A DNA stretch of 64,000 nt from Acidobacteriota bacterium (GCA_019244185.1 JAFATB010000014.1:224001-288000); one strand, 5' to 3'; counted from the first letter of the stretch, positions 50,347-60,931 are shown. A program made the numbers and translations. Notes: a model not told the origin generated them from the letters alone.

Positions 50347-53300
50347 TTGAACGTTACTCGTATTTTTGCGGCTCTGGCTCTGCTTGCCTGCCTCTTGTTC
50401 CCGGCCGCACTGCACGCTCAGTTGTACCCATTCCCGGGCAGTGATCGGCAGTCTCCAGTGCTCTGCACGGGTTGCAAAGGGAGCAATGCCGCGGGCGAGC
50501 CGAATGCGGGAAAGCCCACGTGGCCGTATTCGCAGCCGATCGTTCGCTTCGTCGGCCGTATCGTCGATTCCAGCTCCACCGGCAGTGTTCAGAACGACGG
50601 CATCCGGACGCTCCGCGCCGGCCGTATCCGTGTGGCGAAGACACAACGGGGCTCGGCTCCGCCGCGCGCCTATATCCAGCTTGGCTCCGCGGTGGCGGCC
50701 TATAACCTCAGCACGTTCTTCACGACGACGCTCGGTTCGCCGCTCGTGGCTGCAAACCACATCCTGACGGGTCAGTCGTTCAGCGTCTTCCCGTCACGGA
50801 CTCCCTTCGAGAAGTTCTCCCAGTTCGACGAGTTTCTCTATCCGGAAGGCCGCAGCACCGGCTGGACGACGGTCATCATCGACGGCCAGGATCGCCTGTT
50901 CGATTACGACTATGACGATCGCGGCAACCTCTACGCCGCGTACTCCGTCTTCGGCTGGGGTGTTGTGCGCGACGACGGAGCCACCGGCGGCGGCATGCTG
51001 GCGCCGGCTCTGTCGCAGACCTTCGCGAGCATCGATCCGGCCGTCATTTCGGCCTTCAATGTCTCCTCGAAGTATTACGCCGTTGTCAGCGACCAGAATG
51101 CGATTACCGCGCTGCTCTATGACGTGACGAATCCCGCGTCGCCCTCTTTGGTTGCCACCCGCACCGGCCGGACGAACGGTATTACGACGTGGGCTCGTTA
51201 TGACAACTCGCGCTTCCTTGCCGTCGTCAACGGTGACGGCCAGTTGCGCCTCTATACGTACTCTGGATACCTGAACAACACTCCGATCACCACGATCGCG
51301 CCGGCGAGCGGAAAGAAATTCGTCGATCTCGACTTCGACGACACGGGCAAACTGTGGGTCGCGGAAGCGGCCAACAATGCGGCCACGAACGCGCTCATTC
51401 GCGTCACGATGTCGGAAACGGGGGCGGACGTGCAGCGCTACCCCGACGCCTATCACGGCAACTTCAATCCCGTGAAAATCTCGGCGTCCGCGGGCTATGT
51501 CGTCGTCGGCGGCAACAGCTACGACGACGGCGCGAAAGCGCTCGACGCACGCCTCTTCAAAGTCGATGCAACGGGCCCCAATTACGTCGACCTCGGTGCG
51601 TTCTTCCGCAAGTACTACCATCGCGCGCCCGCCGGCTACGCGCAGCCGTCGGACGACGCCGGCAATTACGTCTCGATCATGGGTGGTGTCGACGTCGTCG
51701 ATTCCGGCGGCAAGACCTACCTCATCTACGACGTCTATGGCATCGGCGACGTGTACGAGATCAACGCCGGCAATGCGCTCGACGCGAATTCCACCGGCGC
51801 GCCGTATGGCACCGTCAACCCGCACGCACAATCGACCGACGCCGGCCCGTATCCGGGCGACGTCCTGAAATTCACGGCCAGCGCCACCGGCACGACCGGC
51901 GGTGTCGTTCCCGTGTCATGGGACTTCGACAATGAGGAGTCCGGCCTGGCGAACCTCGCCGCGAGCAACACGGGACAGACGGTCACGCATCAATACACCG
52001 GCATCAGCAGCGCGAGCGGCATTACCACGCGTACGGTGACGGCGACCGGCACGAACGACAGTTCCCTCACCGACAGCGTCACGGTGCCATTGAAGGTCCC
52101 GTCGGCGCGCGTGCTCGTGCCCGGCGTGACGAACGCGGTCACGGCGTCCGGCGCACTGCCGAAGGTCGTCGCCGGCGACACGTTCTTTGACGCATCCGAC
52201 GGTTCGGTGGAAAGCCACCTCGCGCGTTGGAACCAGGACGGCACGGCCACGAACCTCAAGCCGGACGCGGGTCTCCCCGCCGGTGCGATGGGCTCGCACA
52301 CGCTGACGTTCTCCGGCGCATACGGCAAGTACGACTCGATCACGCTGCAGTCGGTGGGCACGCCTTACAGCACGCCGACGCTCACCTTCACGTACGACGT
52401 TCTGCCGTTCCTCTTCAATCTCAAGACGCCGACGAAGTCGGGCACGAACGTGACCTTCGGCGCGACGCCGCGCGTCACCGGCGTGACCGGCACGATCACC
52501 GCCACGACGTGGACCGTGACGTGGACGCTGAAAGACAAGAACGGCACTGCGCTCACGACGCCACAGACCGGCTCCTCGGCCATCGGCACGATCCCGAATT
52601 TCGTCGTGCCGTCGAGCGCCGTCGTTTCCGACAGCGTCGTCACGCTCACCGTCACCGTCGATCCCGCCGGCCTCGCTGAGGCGGCGCAACAGTTCAACAC
52701 CTATACGCAGTCGCTCACGTTGACGACGCCGTCGCCGGCGGTCACGAAGACCGGTTGCGCGCACGCGCTCGAGACGTGCACTCTGACCGCGTCGTCGGCC
52801 ACGGGCGGCTCGACCGCCGACTGGACGTTCACCTGGACGCTCAAGAAGAACGGCGCGACCGTCGACACGCACACCGGCAATCCGTATCAGCCCACGATCG
52901 TCGAGGCGGGCAGCTACGTCGCGCAGGTCACGGCGGTGCAGGGCATCTTTGAAGGCACGGCACAGTCGTCGTTCACTACCGCGGCCGCGCTCTGTGGCCC
53001 CGGCCCGACGGCCGATAGCGTATCGATCGACCCGACCTGCATTACAGGTTGCTCGACGACCGAGACCATCACGTTCTATGTCGGCCTGTTCGGCTACAGC
53101 CGGCAGGACTGCGACACGTTCACATGGAACTTCGGCGATCAGTCGGCGACGTCGACGGCTGTTCCGGCAACGCACAAGTATTCGAAGAACGGAACCTACC
53201 GCGTGTCGCTCACGATCTCGAATCCGAGCAGCGCGTCGGTCACCGTCAATCAGACCATTGTCGTCGGCGGCACCACGGAACCACCGCCGCCGCCGCCCGA

Positions 53301-55626
53301 CTGCACGATTCCGCAGAACATCGCGCTCACGTACACCGGCAGCAAGGGTTGCCAGCCCGGCGTCGACTGTAAGACGGGCGAGGTGATCGCGTTCCATGCG
53401 CTGCGCGGCTCCACCGCATTACAGACCTGCGACGTCGCGGCCTGGACGTTCGGCGACACCGCGGTATCGAACTCGAAATCGCCGTCGCACACCTACACCG
53501 CGGCGGGCCAGTACCCCGTCCAGGTGACGATCACGAACTCGTTCGGCAGCTCTCCGGCAAACGTCACGATCAACGTCGTGCCCGATACGACGACCGGTGG
53601 CTGCACCCACGCCGTCTCGGAATCCGATTTCATCGTCGACTACACGGGCCAGACGAGCGGCTGCACGCTTCTCAATGGCTCGACGTGCCGTCGCTCCGAG
53701 TCGATGAAGTTCATCCCTCGCGGCGTCTTCTATACCTTCCAGAGCTGCGACAAATTCGAATGGAACTTCGGTGACGGCTCGGCTCTGTCGACCGAACAAA
53801 GCCCGGCCCATACCTTCGCCGGAACCGCTTCGACGTACCACGTCACACTGCGCGTCTACAACACCGCCAATGCCACCGGCGGCACCGTGGGCGTCGACAT
53901 CAGCGTCGACGGCGGCGCGCCGGTCAAGCCGGCACCGGTGCTGACGCCGGCGTTCCCCTCCACCGCATCGAAGAGCACGAGCGTCACCTTCAACGTGACC
54001 TCCGACATCGACGCCACGGGCTGGGTATGGAACTTCGGCGACGGTACGGGCAACAACAGCAGCCAGGCTTCGGCCGTCGGCAAGAGCAGCTCGATCACGC
54101 ATACGTTCGCCAACACCGGCACGTTCAACGTGCGCGTCACCGCGCGCAACGCCGCCGGCAACTCGGGCGATCCGACCGGTCAGGCGGCGGGCAACATCGT
54201 CGTCTCCGACACGCCGGAGTACCGATTCCTCCTGCCGGTCGTCACGCACATCGGCGGTCTCTCGAGCAGCCAGTGGCGCACCGACGTGCAGATCTACAAC
54301 CCCGATCCGAACGTCTCCGCCGCGCACCCGCTCGTGATGACGGCGGTCTTCGACAGCGCCAGCTCCGGCCACCACGAGCAGACGCTCAACATGACGCAGG
54401 CGACGTTCATCTACTCCGACTTCATGCGGAACTTCACCACGCAGGATGACGGCGGCCCGATCGTCATCTCCACCAAGGCGAAGGTCGCGCCGATGATCTG
54501 GACGCGCACGTACAACGTCGCGCAGGGCGGCGGCACGTTCGGCCAGTTCATCCCGGCCATTCCGCTCACCGACGGCGGCACGGGCGGGGCGGTGGCTCCG
54601 GGCAACTACTACCTCGCCGGACTCCGCAACGACGTCCGCTACCGCACGAACGTCGGCTTCGTGAATCCGACGCTCACGTCGATGAATGTCACGCTGAAGG
54701 TCTACGACGACCACCGCGTGAAGCTGAAGGAGTTCACCAAGACCCTCGATCCGTTCCAGCTCGTGCAGTTCCCGATCACGAGCGAGGTCTCGAACCTGCC
54801 GTCCGACGCGCCGTTCAGCATCGAGATCGACGTGCCGAGTGCGCAGTGGGTGATCGCGTACGCGTCGTTCATCGACGGCGCGAGCAACGATCCGGTGTAT
54901 CTGCAGGCGGTCCGCGACGGCGATCTCGCCTCCGAGGATTACCGCGTGAGCATCATCCCCGGCGTGGGTCACCTCACGCAGCCGGACGGTGATTGGCGCA
55001 GCGACGTCACGATCTTCAATCCGGACGGCGAGGGCGCGCAGCTGAAGTTCGAATACTTCGACGGCACCGGCACCAAGCGCGCCGAGGCCAGCGCGGTGCT
55101 CGATCCGCTGAAGTTCCTCCAGTACACCGACATCCTCAAGCAGGGCGTCCTCGGCGGCGGCGTTCCCGACTCCGCGGGCATCCTCAAGGTGACGGCGCTC
55201 TCGACGCACCAGCGTTACCCGATGACGTTCTCGCGCACGTACTTCGATCGCGGTGCGATCGGCTCGTACGGCCAGGGCATCCCGGGCTTCGCCGCCGCGC
55301 GTCCGAACGTCGCGCCGAACAAGCCGGCGGTCATCCCCGGCGTGCGCAACAACGCCGATTACAAGACCAACGTCGGCATGGTGAACATCTCCAGCACCGA
55401 CGTCGTCGTGCGCGTCACGCAGCTCGACTCCAACACCGGCGCGCCCGGCGACTACGAGGAGGTCACGCTGCATCCGAACCAGACCGTCATCGGCAGCTTC
55501 AGCTGGATTCAGGACAGCGGCACGCTGCGCGTCGACGTCACTGGCGGCACCGCGTGGGTCTTCGCGTCCATCATCGACGGCCACACCAAGGATCCGGAGT
55601 ACGTCGCGGCCACGCCGCTGCAGTAA
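50347..55626 (+). CDS. large secreted PKD-repeat surface protein (1759 aa)
   Basis: TTG start, signal peptide; WDFD/WNFGD/WTFGD PKD motifs with paired Cys; C-terminal repeats WRTDV/YRTNVG/WRSDV/YKTNVG. Confidence 0.85.
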   Translation: MNVTRIFAALALLACLLFPAALHAQLYPFPGSDRQSPVLCTGCKGSNAAGEPNAGKPTWPYSQPIVRFVGRIVDSSSTGSVQNDGIRTLRAGRIRVAKTQRGSAPPRAYIQLGSAVAAYNLSTFFTTTLGSPLVAANHILTGQSFSVFPSRTPFEKFSQFDEFLYPEGRSTGWTTVIIDGQDRLFDYDYDDRGNLYAAYSVFGWGVVRDDGATGGGMLAPALSQTFASIDPAVISAFNVSSKYYAVVSDQNAITALLYDVTNPASPSLVATRTGRTNGITTWARYDNSRFLAVVNGDGQLRLYTYSGYLNNTPITTIAPASGKKFVDLDFDDTGKLWVAEAANNAATNALIRVTMSETGADVQRYPDAYHGNFNPVKISASAGYVVVGGNSYDDGAKALDARLFKVDATGPNYVDLGAFFRKYYHRAPAGYAQPSDDAGNYVSIMGGVDVVDSGGKTYLIYDVYGIGDVYEINAGNALDANSTGAPYGTVNPHAQSTDAGPYPGDVLKFTASATGTTGGVVPVSWDFDNEESGLANLAASNTGQTVTHQYTGISSASGITTRTVTATGTNDSSLTDSVTVPLKVPSARVLVPGVTNAVTASGALPKVVAGDTFFDASDGSVESHLARWNQDGTATNLKPDAGLPAGAMGSHTLTFSGAYGKYDSITLQSVGTPYSTPTLTFTYDVLPFLFNLKTPTKSGTNVTFGATPRVTGVTGTITATTWTVTWTLKDKNGTALTTPQTGSSAIGTIPNFVVPSSAVVSDSVVTLTVTVDPAGLAEAAQQFNTYTQSLTLTTPSPAVTKTGCAHALETCTLTASSATGGSTADWTFTWTLKKNGATVDTHTGNPYQPTIVEAGSYVAQVTAVQGIFEGTAQSSFTTAAALCGPGPTADSVSIDPTCITGCSTTETITFYVGLFGYSRQDCDTFTWNFGDQSATSTAVPATHKYSKNGTYRVSLTISNPSSASVTVNQTIVVGGTTEPPPPPPDCTIPQNIALTYTGSKGCQPGVDCKTGEVIAFHALRGSTALQTCDVAAWTFGDTAVSNSKSPSHTYTAAGQYPVQVTITNSFGSSPANVTINVVPDTTTGGCTHAVSESDFIVDYTGQTSGCTLLNGSTCRRSESMKFIPRGVFYTFQSCDKFEWNFGDGSALSTEQSPAHTFAGTASTYHVTLRVYNTANATGGTVGVDISVDGGAPVKPAPVLTPAFPSTASKSTSVTFNVTSDIDATGWVWNFGDGTGNNSSQASAVGKSSSITHTFANTGTFNVRVTARNAAGNSGDPTGQAAGNIVVSDTPEYRFLLPVVTHIGGLSSSQWRTDVQIYNPDPNVSAAHPLVMTAVFDSASSGHHEQTLNMTQATFIYSDFMRNFTTQDDGGPIVISTKAKVAPMIWTRTYNVAQGGGTFGQFIPAIPLTDGGTGGAVAPGNYYLAGLRNDVRYRTNVGFVNPTLTSMNVTLKVYDDHRVKLKEFTKTLDPFQLVQFPITSEVSNLPSDAPFSIEIDVPSAQWVIAYASFIDGASNDPVYLQAVRDGDLASEDYRVSIIPGVGHLTQPDGDWRSDVTIFNPDGEGAQLKFEYFDGTGTKRAEASAVLDPLKFLQYTDILKQGVLGGGVPDSAGILKVTALSTHQRYPMTFSRTYFDRGAIGSYGQGIPGFAAARPNVAPNKPAVIPGVRNNADYKTNVGMVNISSTDVVVRVTQLDSNTGAPGDYEEVTLHPNQTVIGSFSWIQDSGTLRVDVTGGTAWVFASIIDGHTKDPEYVAATPLQ

Positions 55627-55646
55627 GCCTCATCCCGTGCAGTCTT

Positions 55647-55682
55647 CGAAGTGGCGGGCTCCGGCCCGCCACTTCGCTTTTT
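55647..55682 (+). terminator. intrinsic terminator
   Basis: CGAAGTGGCGGGC-TCCG-GCCCGCCACTTCG-CTTTTT. Confidence 0.85.
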
Positions 55683-55718
55683 GGACGCCTTTCCGCGCAA
55701 CTCCGTAGAATGACGCCA

Positions 55719-56942
55719 ATGGAGCTCGCCGTCCGCGCCGTCGACGTGTCGAAACACTACGACATGTACCGCCGGCCGATCGATCGCGTGATCGAGGTGC
55801 TGACGCGGCGGCCGCGCCACGTCGTCTTTCCCGCGCTGGAAAGCGTCTCCTTCGACGTGAAGCAGGGCGAGACGGTCGGCATCATCGGCCAGAACGGCGC
55901 GGGCAAGAGCACGCTGCTCAAGCTTCTGTGCGGCGTCGCGCGGCCGAGCGCGGGCGAGCTGCAGACCCACGGCACGATCGCGTCGATCCTCGAGCTCGGC
56001 ACCGGCTTCCATCCGGAGTTCACCGGCCGCGACAACGCCGCGCTCAACGCCGCCATCCTCGGCCTCACGCAGGCGGAGATCCGCGAGCGCCTCCCCGCGA
56101 TCCTCGAGTTCTCCGAGCTCGGCTCGTTCGTCGACCGCCCGGTGAAGACGTACTCGTCGGGCATGTACATGCGCCTCGCGTTCTCCGTCGCGGTGAACGT
56201 GAATCCCGACATCCTCATCATCGACGAGGCGCTCGCCGTCGGCGACGGCCACTTTCAGAAAAAGTGCGTCGAGAAGATTCGCGAGTTTCAGGAAGAGGGG
56301 AAGACCATTCTCTTCTGCTCGCACTCGCTGTACTACGTCTCCTCGATCTGCCGCCGCACGCTGTGGCTCGATCGCGGACGCGTGATGCGCTTCGGCCCGT
56401 CGCTCGACGTCGTGCACGACTACGAGTCGTTTCTGCGCGAGCGCGACAAGCAGCTGCCGGCGAACGACGAGCCGGTGGAACGCGCCACGCCCGCGCGGTT
56501 TCGCGACATTGTGGTCTGCGATCGCAACGGCTTTCCGCGCGACCGCTTCGCGCGCGGCGAGGACATCCACGTGCGCGTGCGTATCGATTCCGATCAGCCG
56601 TCGCAGCCGCTGCACGTCATCGTCGGCGTGCATCGTTCCGCCGACGATCTGCAGGTCTTCGCCGTCGGGACGCACGCCGACGGCATGGCGCCGCTCTCCG
56701 GCCGTTCCGAATACGAGCTCACCGCGCGTCTGCTCGACGTGCCGCTCACGCGCGGCGACTACGAGATCATCGCCTTCCTCGGCGACGAGCACGCGATGGC
56801 GGTCTTCGACCGGCGCGACGTGCGTCCCGCGTTTGCGATGACCGGCGACCGCTTCGAGATCGGTCTCATGACCATCGATCATCGCTGGGACGCCGGCAGC
56901 GCCGCGGAGCCAGCGGCGGAGCTCGTGCGGCAGCGCCGATGA
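55719..56942 (+). CDS. wzt: ABC glycan exporter ATPase with C-terminal Wzt_C-type domain
   Basis: GQNGAGKST, YSSGMYMRLAFS, IIDE, CSH; C-terminal beta domain; alternative start 55710. Confidence 0.9.
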   Translation: MELAVRAVDVSKHYDMYRRPIDRVIEVLTRRPRHVVFPALESVSFDVKQGETVGIIGQNGAGKSTLLKLLCGVARPSAGELQTHGTIASILELGTGFHPEFTGRDNAALNAAILGLTQAEIRERLPAILEFSELGSFVDRPVKTYSSGMYMRLAFSVAVNVNPDILIIDEALAVGDGHFQKKCVEKIREFQEEGKTILFCSHSLYYVSSICRRTLWLDRGRVMRFGPSLDVVHDYESFLRERDKQLPANDEPVERATPARFRDIVVCDRNGFPRDRFARGEDIHVRVRIDSDQPSQPLHVIVGVHRSADDLQVFAVGTHADGMAPLSGRSEYELTARLLDVPLTRGDYEIIAFLGDEHAMAVFDRRDVRPAFAMTGDRFEIGLMTIDHRWDAGSAAEPAAELVRQRR

Positions 56943-57973
56943 TCTCGCTGCTCGTCGTCAACTATCGTTCCGCCGTACTGGCCGCGGACGCGATCCGCAC
57001 CGCGCGCGCCGCGTCGTCGTCGCCGCTGCAGGTCGTCGTCGTCGACAACAGTGAAGATCCTGCGGAAGCGCATGCATTGCGAGGCATCGCTGATGTGTTG
57101 ATCGTGTCGTCTACGAATCGCGGCTACGCCGGCGGCATCAACGACGGACGCCGCGCGTGCGACGGCGACACCATCGTCGTGACGAATCCCGACGTGCGCT
57201 TCGCGCCGCAATCCATCGATCACCTGGTTGCCGCACTCGACGCGAAGACCGCGGTCGCGGGACCTGCACTCTTCTGGGACGACGCTCATGAATGGCGCTT
57301 GCCGCCGGGGGACCTCGGCACCGGTTGGCAGAAGCTCGACGAGCTGCTCGCGTCGCGCTCGCGCGCGTGGGCGGACGTGCGCGACGCACGCCGCAGCCGC
57401 GCGCGCATCGCCTTCTGGTCGCTTGCGGACACGACGCACGTGGCGATGCTCTCCGGCGCGGTGCTCGCGATCCGCGCGTCGGACTTCGACGCCGTCGGCG
57501 GCTTCGACGAGCGCTTTCGTCTCTACTTTGAAGAAGCGGACTTTCTGCGCCGCGTCGCTGCGCACCGCAAGCGCATCGCGTACGTGCCCGCGGCGCGTTG
57601 CCGGCATCTCTACAACCAGAGTGCGGGGCAGGAGCGCGAGACCGCGGCGGCGCGCTACGCGGAGTCGCAGCGGAAGTATCTCGAGAAGTGGAACGGTCCG
57701 TTCGCGGCGCGTGCTCTCGAACGTTTCGCGCGACCGCTGCCCGCACACGACGCGCAGCCGCTCGATGGTGCGTTGAGGCTCGATCGCGACGGCGTGGTCG
57801 TCGAAGTATCGCCGCTGGCGAGCTTCGCGACCGCTGCCGGATTTTTCGCAGACAGTCGCCACGTCGTGCTGCCGCCGGACGTACGTGCGGCGTTGCGCGA
57901 TGACGAGCTCTACCTGCGTGTCGTCGCGCGCGACACGGCGCGCGTACTGGCGACGTATAAAATCACCGCATGA
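56939..57973 (+). CDS. GT2 glycosyltransferase (WbbL-like)
   Basis: VVNY, VVDN, NRGYAGGIN, NPD, GGFDERF.LYFEEAD. Confidence 0.85.
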   Translation: MISLLVVNYRSAVLAADAIRTARAASSSPLQVVVVDNSEDPAEAHALRGIADVLIVSSTNRGYAGGINDGRRACDGDTIVVTNPDVRFAPQSIDHLVAALDAKTAVAGPALFWDDAHEWRLPPGDLGTGWQKLDELLASRSRAWADVRDARRSRARIAFWSLADTTHVAMLSGAVLAIRASDFDAVGGFDERFRLYFEEADFLRRVAAHRKRIAYVPAARCRHLYNQSAGQERETAAARYAESQRKYLEKWNGPFAARALERFARPLPAHDAQPLDGALRLDRDGVVVEVSPLASFATAAGFFADSRHVVLPPDVRAALRDDELYLRVVARDTARVLATYKITA

Positions 57974-59451
57974 GCTCGACCAGCGTCTCGGTCGTGGTGC
58001 CGTGCGGCGGACGCGAGCGCGAGCCGCGCCCGACGCTCGACGCGATCGCGCGCTATCTCGAGACGACCGGCTTCACGTTCGAGATCCTCGCGCCGCAGGA
58101 CGAGACGTTCGGCGGCGCGCTGCGCCGCGGCGTGAGCGATGCGCGCGGCGGCGTGGTGGTCATCGTCGATCCCGCGCTGCCGTATCCCGTGAGCGCGATC
58201 GGCGACGCTGTCGCGATGGTCGAGTCGGGCGCGACGGACATCGTGTTTGCCAGCGCGCGCGCGGATTTCCGCGGATCGGCGTTGCTGCGCGCGCTGCTCG
58301 TGCCGATCGTGCCCGATCCGCGTGTGCATCTCGCCGCGTTCTCCTCGTCCGCGGCGAAAATCGTCGTCGCCGAGTCGCGGCTGGTCTCGCGCGGCGTCGA
58401 GCTCGAGATCGCGTTTCTCGCGAACAAATACGGCTTCCGCATCGAGCGGCTCGTCGTCGGCGACGGTGCGCGCTCGCGCTCGTTCGGCGCGATCGGCGGA
58501 CTCGCTCCGGCGATCGCGATCCGCCTCGCGAACCGGCGCAACGCGTACCGTGCGGCGCGGCGCTGTCCCGTTTGTTTCTCGCATGAGGTTTGGAGCTGCG
58601 CGCAGATTCCGGGGAACGTCGTGCGCGCGTGCCGCCGCTGCAAATGCCGCTACCTGAATCAATTCACCGACGGCGAGAGCGGCCAGCCGGTGCGGCGCGT
58701 GCTGCGCGCGCACACTGATTCCGCGCCGCCGTCGTACGAGTCGCATTCGCCGTCCGCGCGCGAGAAGACGAGTCTGCGCCGCTTCAACGGGCTGCGCCGC
58801 CAGCTGCCGCTGCGCGCGCGCGTGCTCGAAGTCGGCGTGCGCGACGGCAGCTTCGGCGCGATCGCGGAACGCGAGTACGAATACGTCGGCATCGATCCCG
58901 CCTCCGCCGCGGCGCGCCACGCCCGCGCGCGCGGCCTCGACGTCTACTGCGCGTCGCTCTCGTCGTTCGTCAACACCGGCCCGGCGTTCGACGGCATCAC
59001 GCTCTTTCACGTCTTCGAGAACATGGCCGATCCGCACGACGCGCTCGCGCGCATCAAAGAGCTGCTCAAGCCGGGCGGTGTGCTGTTTCTCTCGACATTC
59101 GATACGGAAGGCCTCATTTATCTCTTCTCCGAGCAGAAGCGGATGGCGCAGAACTTCCGCACGCATCTCGTGCTGTACTCGCGCTCCGCGCTCATCGAGC
59201 TTCTCGAACACTCCGGCTTCGAGATCGACGACATCGGTCCCGACTTCGAGTATCGCGATCACAAGTTCCTGCGGCACTGGCTCGCGTCGCATCATCCGCT
59301 GCTCGCGCCGCTCGTGAACGCGATGCTCCGGCTCCTGCCCGATCCGCTCATCGTCAGCACCGGCTCGATCCGCATCGTGGCCAAGCGCCGCGCCGGGATG
59401 TCCGCGAACGCGCGCGCGATCCGCTCCGTCGAGCCCACGCATGCCCGATAG
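57970..59451 (+). CDS. degenerate GT2-like domain + zinc ribbon + class I SAM methyltransferase fusion
   Basis: N-terminal SVVVP..GGALRRGV..ELEI; CPVC..CRRC; VLEVG, GIDP, FHVFEN, LLKPGG. Confidence 0.7.
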   Translation: MSSTSVSVVVPCGGREREPRPTLDAIARYLETTGFTFEILAPQDETFGGALRRGVSDARGGVVVIVDPALPYPVSAIGDAVAMVESGATDIVFASARADFRGSALLRALLVPIVPDPRVHLAAFSSSAAKIVVAESRLVSRGVELEIAFLANKYGFRIERLVVGDGARSRSFGAIGGLAPAIAIRLANRRNAYRAARRCPVCFSHEVWSCAQIPGNVVRACRRCKCRYLNQFTDGESGQPVRRVLRAHTDSAPPSYESHSPSAREKTSLRRFNGLRRQLPLRARVLEVGVRDGSFGAIAEREYEYVGIDPASAAARHARARGLDVYCASLSSFVNTGPAFDGITLFHVFENMADPHDALARIKELLKPGGVLFLSTFDTEGLIYLFSEQKRMAQNFRTHLVLYSRSALIELLEHSGFEIDDIGPDFEYRDHKFLRHWLASHHPLLAPLVNAMLRLLPDPLIVSTGSIRIVAKRRAGMSANARAIRSVEPTHAR

Positions 59452-60457
59452 CGCATCGACGAGCGGCGCGTCGTTCACGATCCGCGCGTATCGCGACCGC
59501 GACGAGCGCGCGATCCTTGACCTCTTCGCGCGCTCGTTCCCGCACGCGCCGCGGGGCGTCGAGCACTTTCGCTGGAAATATCGCGAGAACCCGTTCGGCA
59601 ACGAGCACATCAGCCTCGCGTTCGACGCCGATGCGCGCCTCGTCGGACACTACGCCGGCTACGCGGTGCCGTTCCGCATCGACGGCCGCGACGTCCTCGC
59701 GCATCAGATCGGCGACACCATGACCGACGTCGCCATCCGCCACATCGGCCGCGGCCCGACCAGCATCCTCGGCCGCACGGCGCTGCACTTCTACGAGCAT
59801 TTCTGCGACGGCCGCGTCGCGTTCAACTACGGCTTCAACGTCGCCAACATCCAGAAGTTCTCGCTGCGCTTTCTCCGCAGCGATCGCGTCGAGCCGGTGA
59901 TGTATCGCGTGCGCGATCTTCGCGCGCATCCGCTCGCGCCGCTGCCGCGCATGCAGCGCTGGGCGCGTGGCTATCAGCTCGAGTTGGTGCGCGAGACGAC
60001 CGCGGAATTCGACGAGCTCTTCGCGCGCGTCGCGCCCGCGTATCGCTTTCTCGTCCGCCGCGACGCGCGCTACCTCCGCTGGCGTTATCTCGACTGTCCG
60101 GACACGCAGTACGTCGTCGTCGCGATTCGCAAGTGGCGCACGCTCGTGGGCTGGATCGCGTTTCGGATTCGCGAGAACCGTTTCGTGTGGGGTGACGCGC
60201 TGTTCGATCCCGACTTTGCCGATGCCGCCGAAGTCGTGCTGCGCCATGTCGTGCCGTCGTATCCGGTCGATGCGATCGAAGCATGGTTCCCGCCGCGGCC
60301 CGCGTGGTTCGACGCGACGCTGCGCGAGCTCGCCTTCGAGACGCGTCCCGAGCCGCAGGATCTCTCCGTGATGTGCGTGCCGTTTGCGCTCGCCGACGCC
60401 ACCGCGCGCATGCGTGACGGGCTGTACTACACGTGGGGCGACTCCGACCTCTTCTGA
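59441..60457 (+). CDS. GNAT-family acyltransferase
   Basis: IRAY, FRWKYRENP, GDTMTD, YGFN, YLRWRY, WGDSD. Confidence 0.75.
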   Translation: MPDSASTSGASFTIRAYRDRDERAILDLFARSFPHAPRGVEHFRWKYRENPFGNEHISLAFDADARLVGHYAGYAVPFRIDGRDVLAHQIGDTMTDVAIRHIGRGPTSILGRTALHFYEHFCDGRVAFNYGFNVANIQKFSLRFLRSDRVEPVMYRVRDLRAHPLAPLPRMQRWARGYQLELVRETTAEFDELFARVAPAYRFLVRRDARYLRWRYLDCPDTQYVVVAIRKWRTLVGWIAFRIRENRFVWGDALFDPDFADAAEVVLRHVVPSYPVDAIEAWFPPRPAWFDATLRELAFETRPEPQDLSVMCVPFALADATARMRDGLYYTWGDSDLF

Positions 60458-60514
60458 CGGCTGGCTCGCGCTCTGCAAGCCGTTCTCATCCGTCGGTACA
60501 ATGACGGCACGCCC

Positions 60515-60931
60515 ATGAGCATGACGCACGAACCGCGGGACACGAGAGACAAGCGCGTCGGCGCCGTCGATAAAAAGCGCGTGCTCGTCATCGACGACGA
60601 CCTTCCGCTGCGCGGCATGCTCGCCGCGGCGCTGCGGCAGCACGGCTTTCAGGTGCTGCTCGCGGGCGACGGCGCGGAAGGGCAGCGCGCGCTCACGATC
60701 CATCGTCCGGACATCGTGCTGCTCGATCTCGCCATGCCCGACGTCAACGGCTGGGATTTTCTGCAGCGCCTTCAGGAGACCGGCCACCTTGGCCGTTTCC
60801 CCATCGTCGTGCTCTCCGCGCACGCGCGCGTGGAGCCGCAGGCGCTGCTGCAGATGGGCGTCGCCGCGATTCTGCCGAAGCCGTTCAACCTCGGCGAGCT
60901 GATTGACCTCATCGAGCATCTCGCGGCGTGA
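60515..60931 (+). CDS. single-domain response regulator
   Basis: VLVIDDD, LLDLAMP, LSA, KPF. Confidence 0.9.
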   Translation: MSMTHEPRDTRDKRVGAVDKKRVLVIDDDLPLRGMLAAALRQHGFQVLLAGDGAEGQRALTIHRPDIVLLDLAMPDVNGWDFLQRLQETGHLGRFPIVVLSAHARVEPQALLQMGVAAILPKPFNLGELIDLIEHLAA

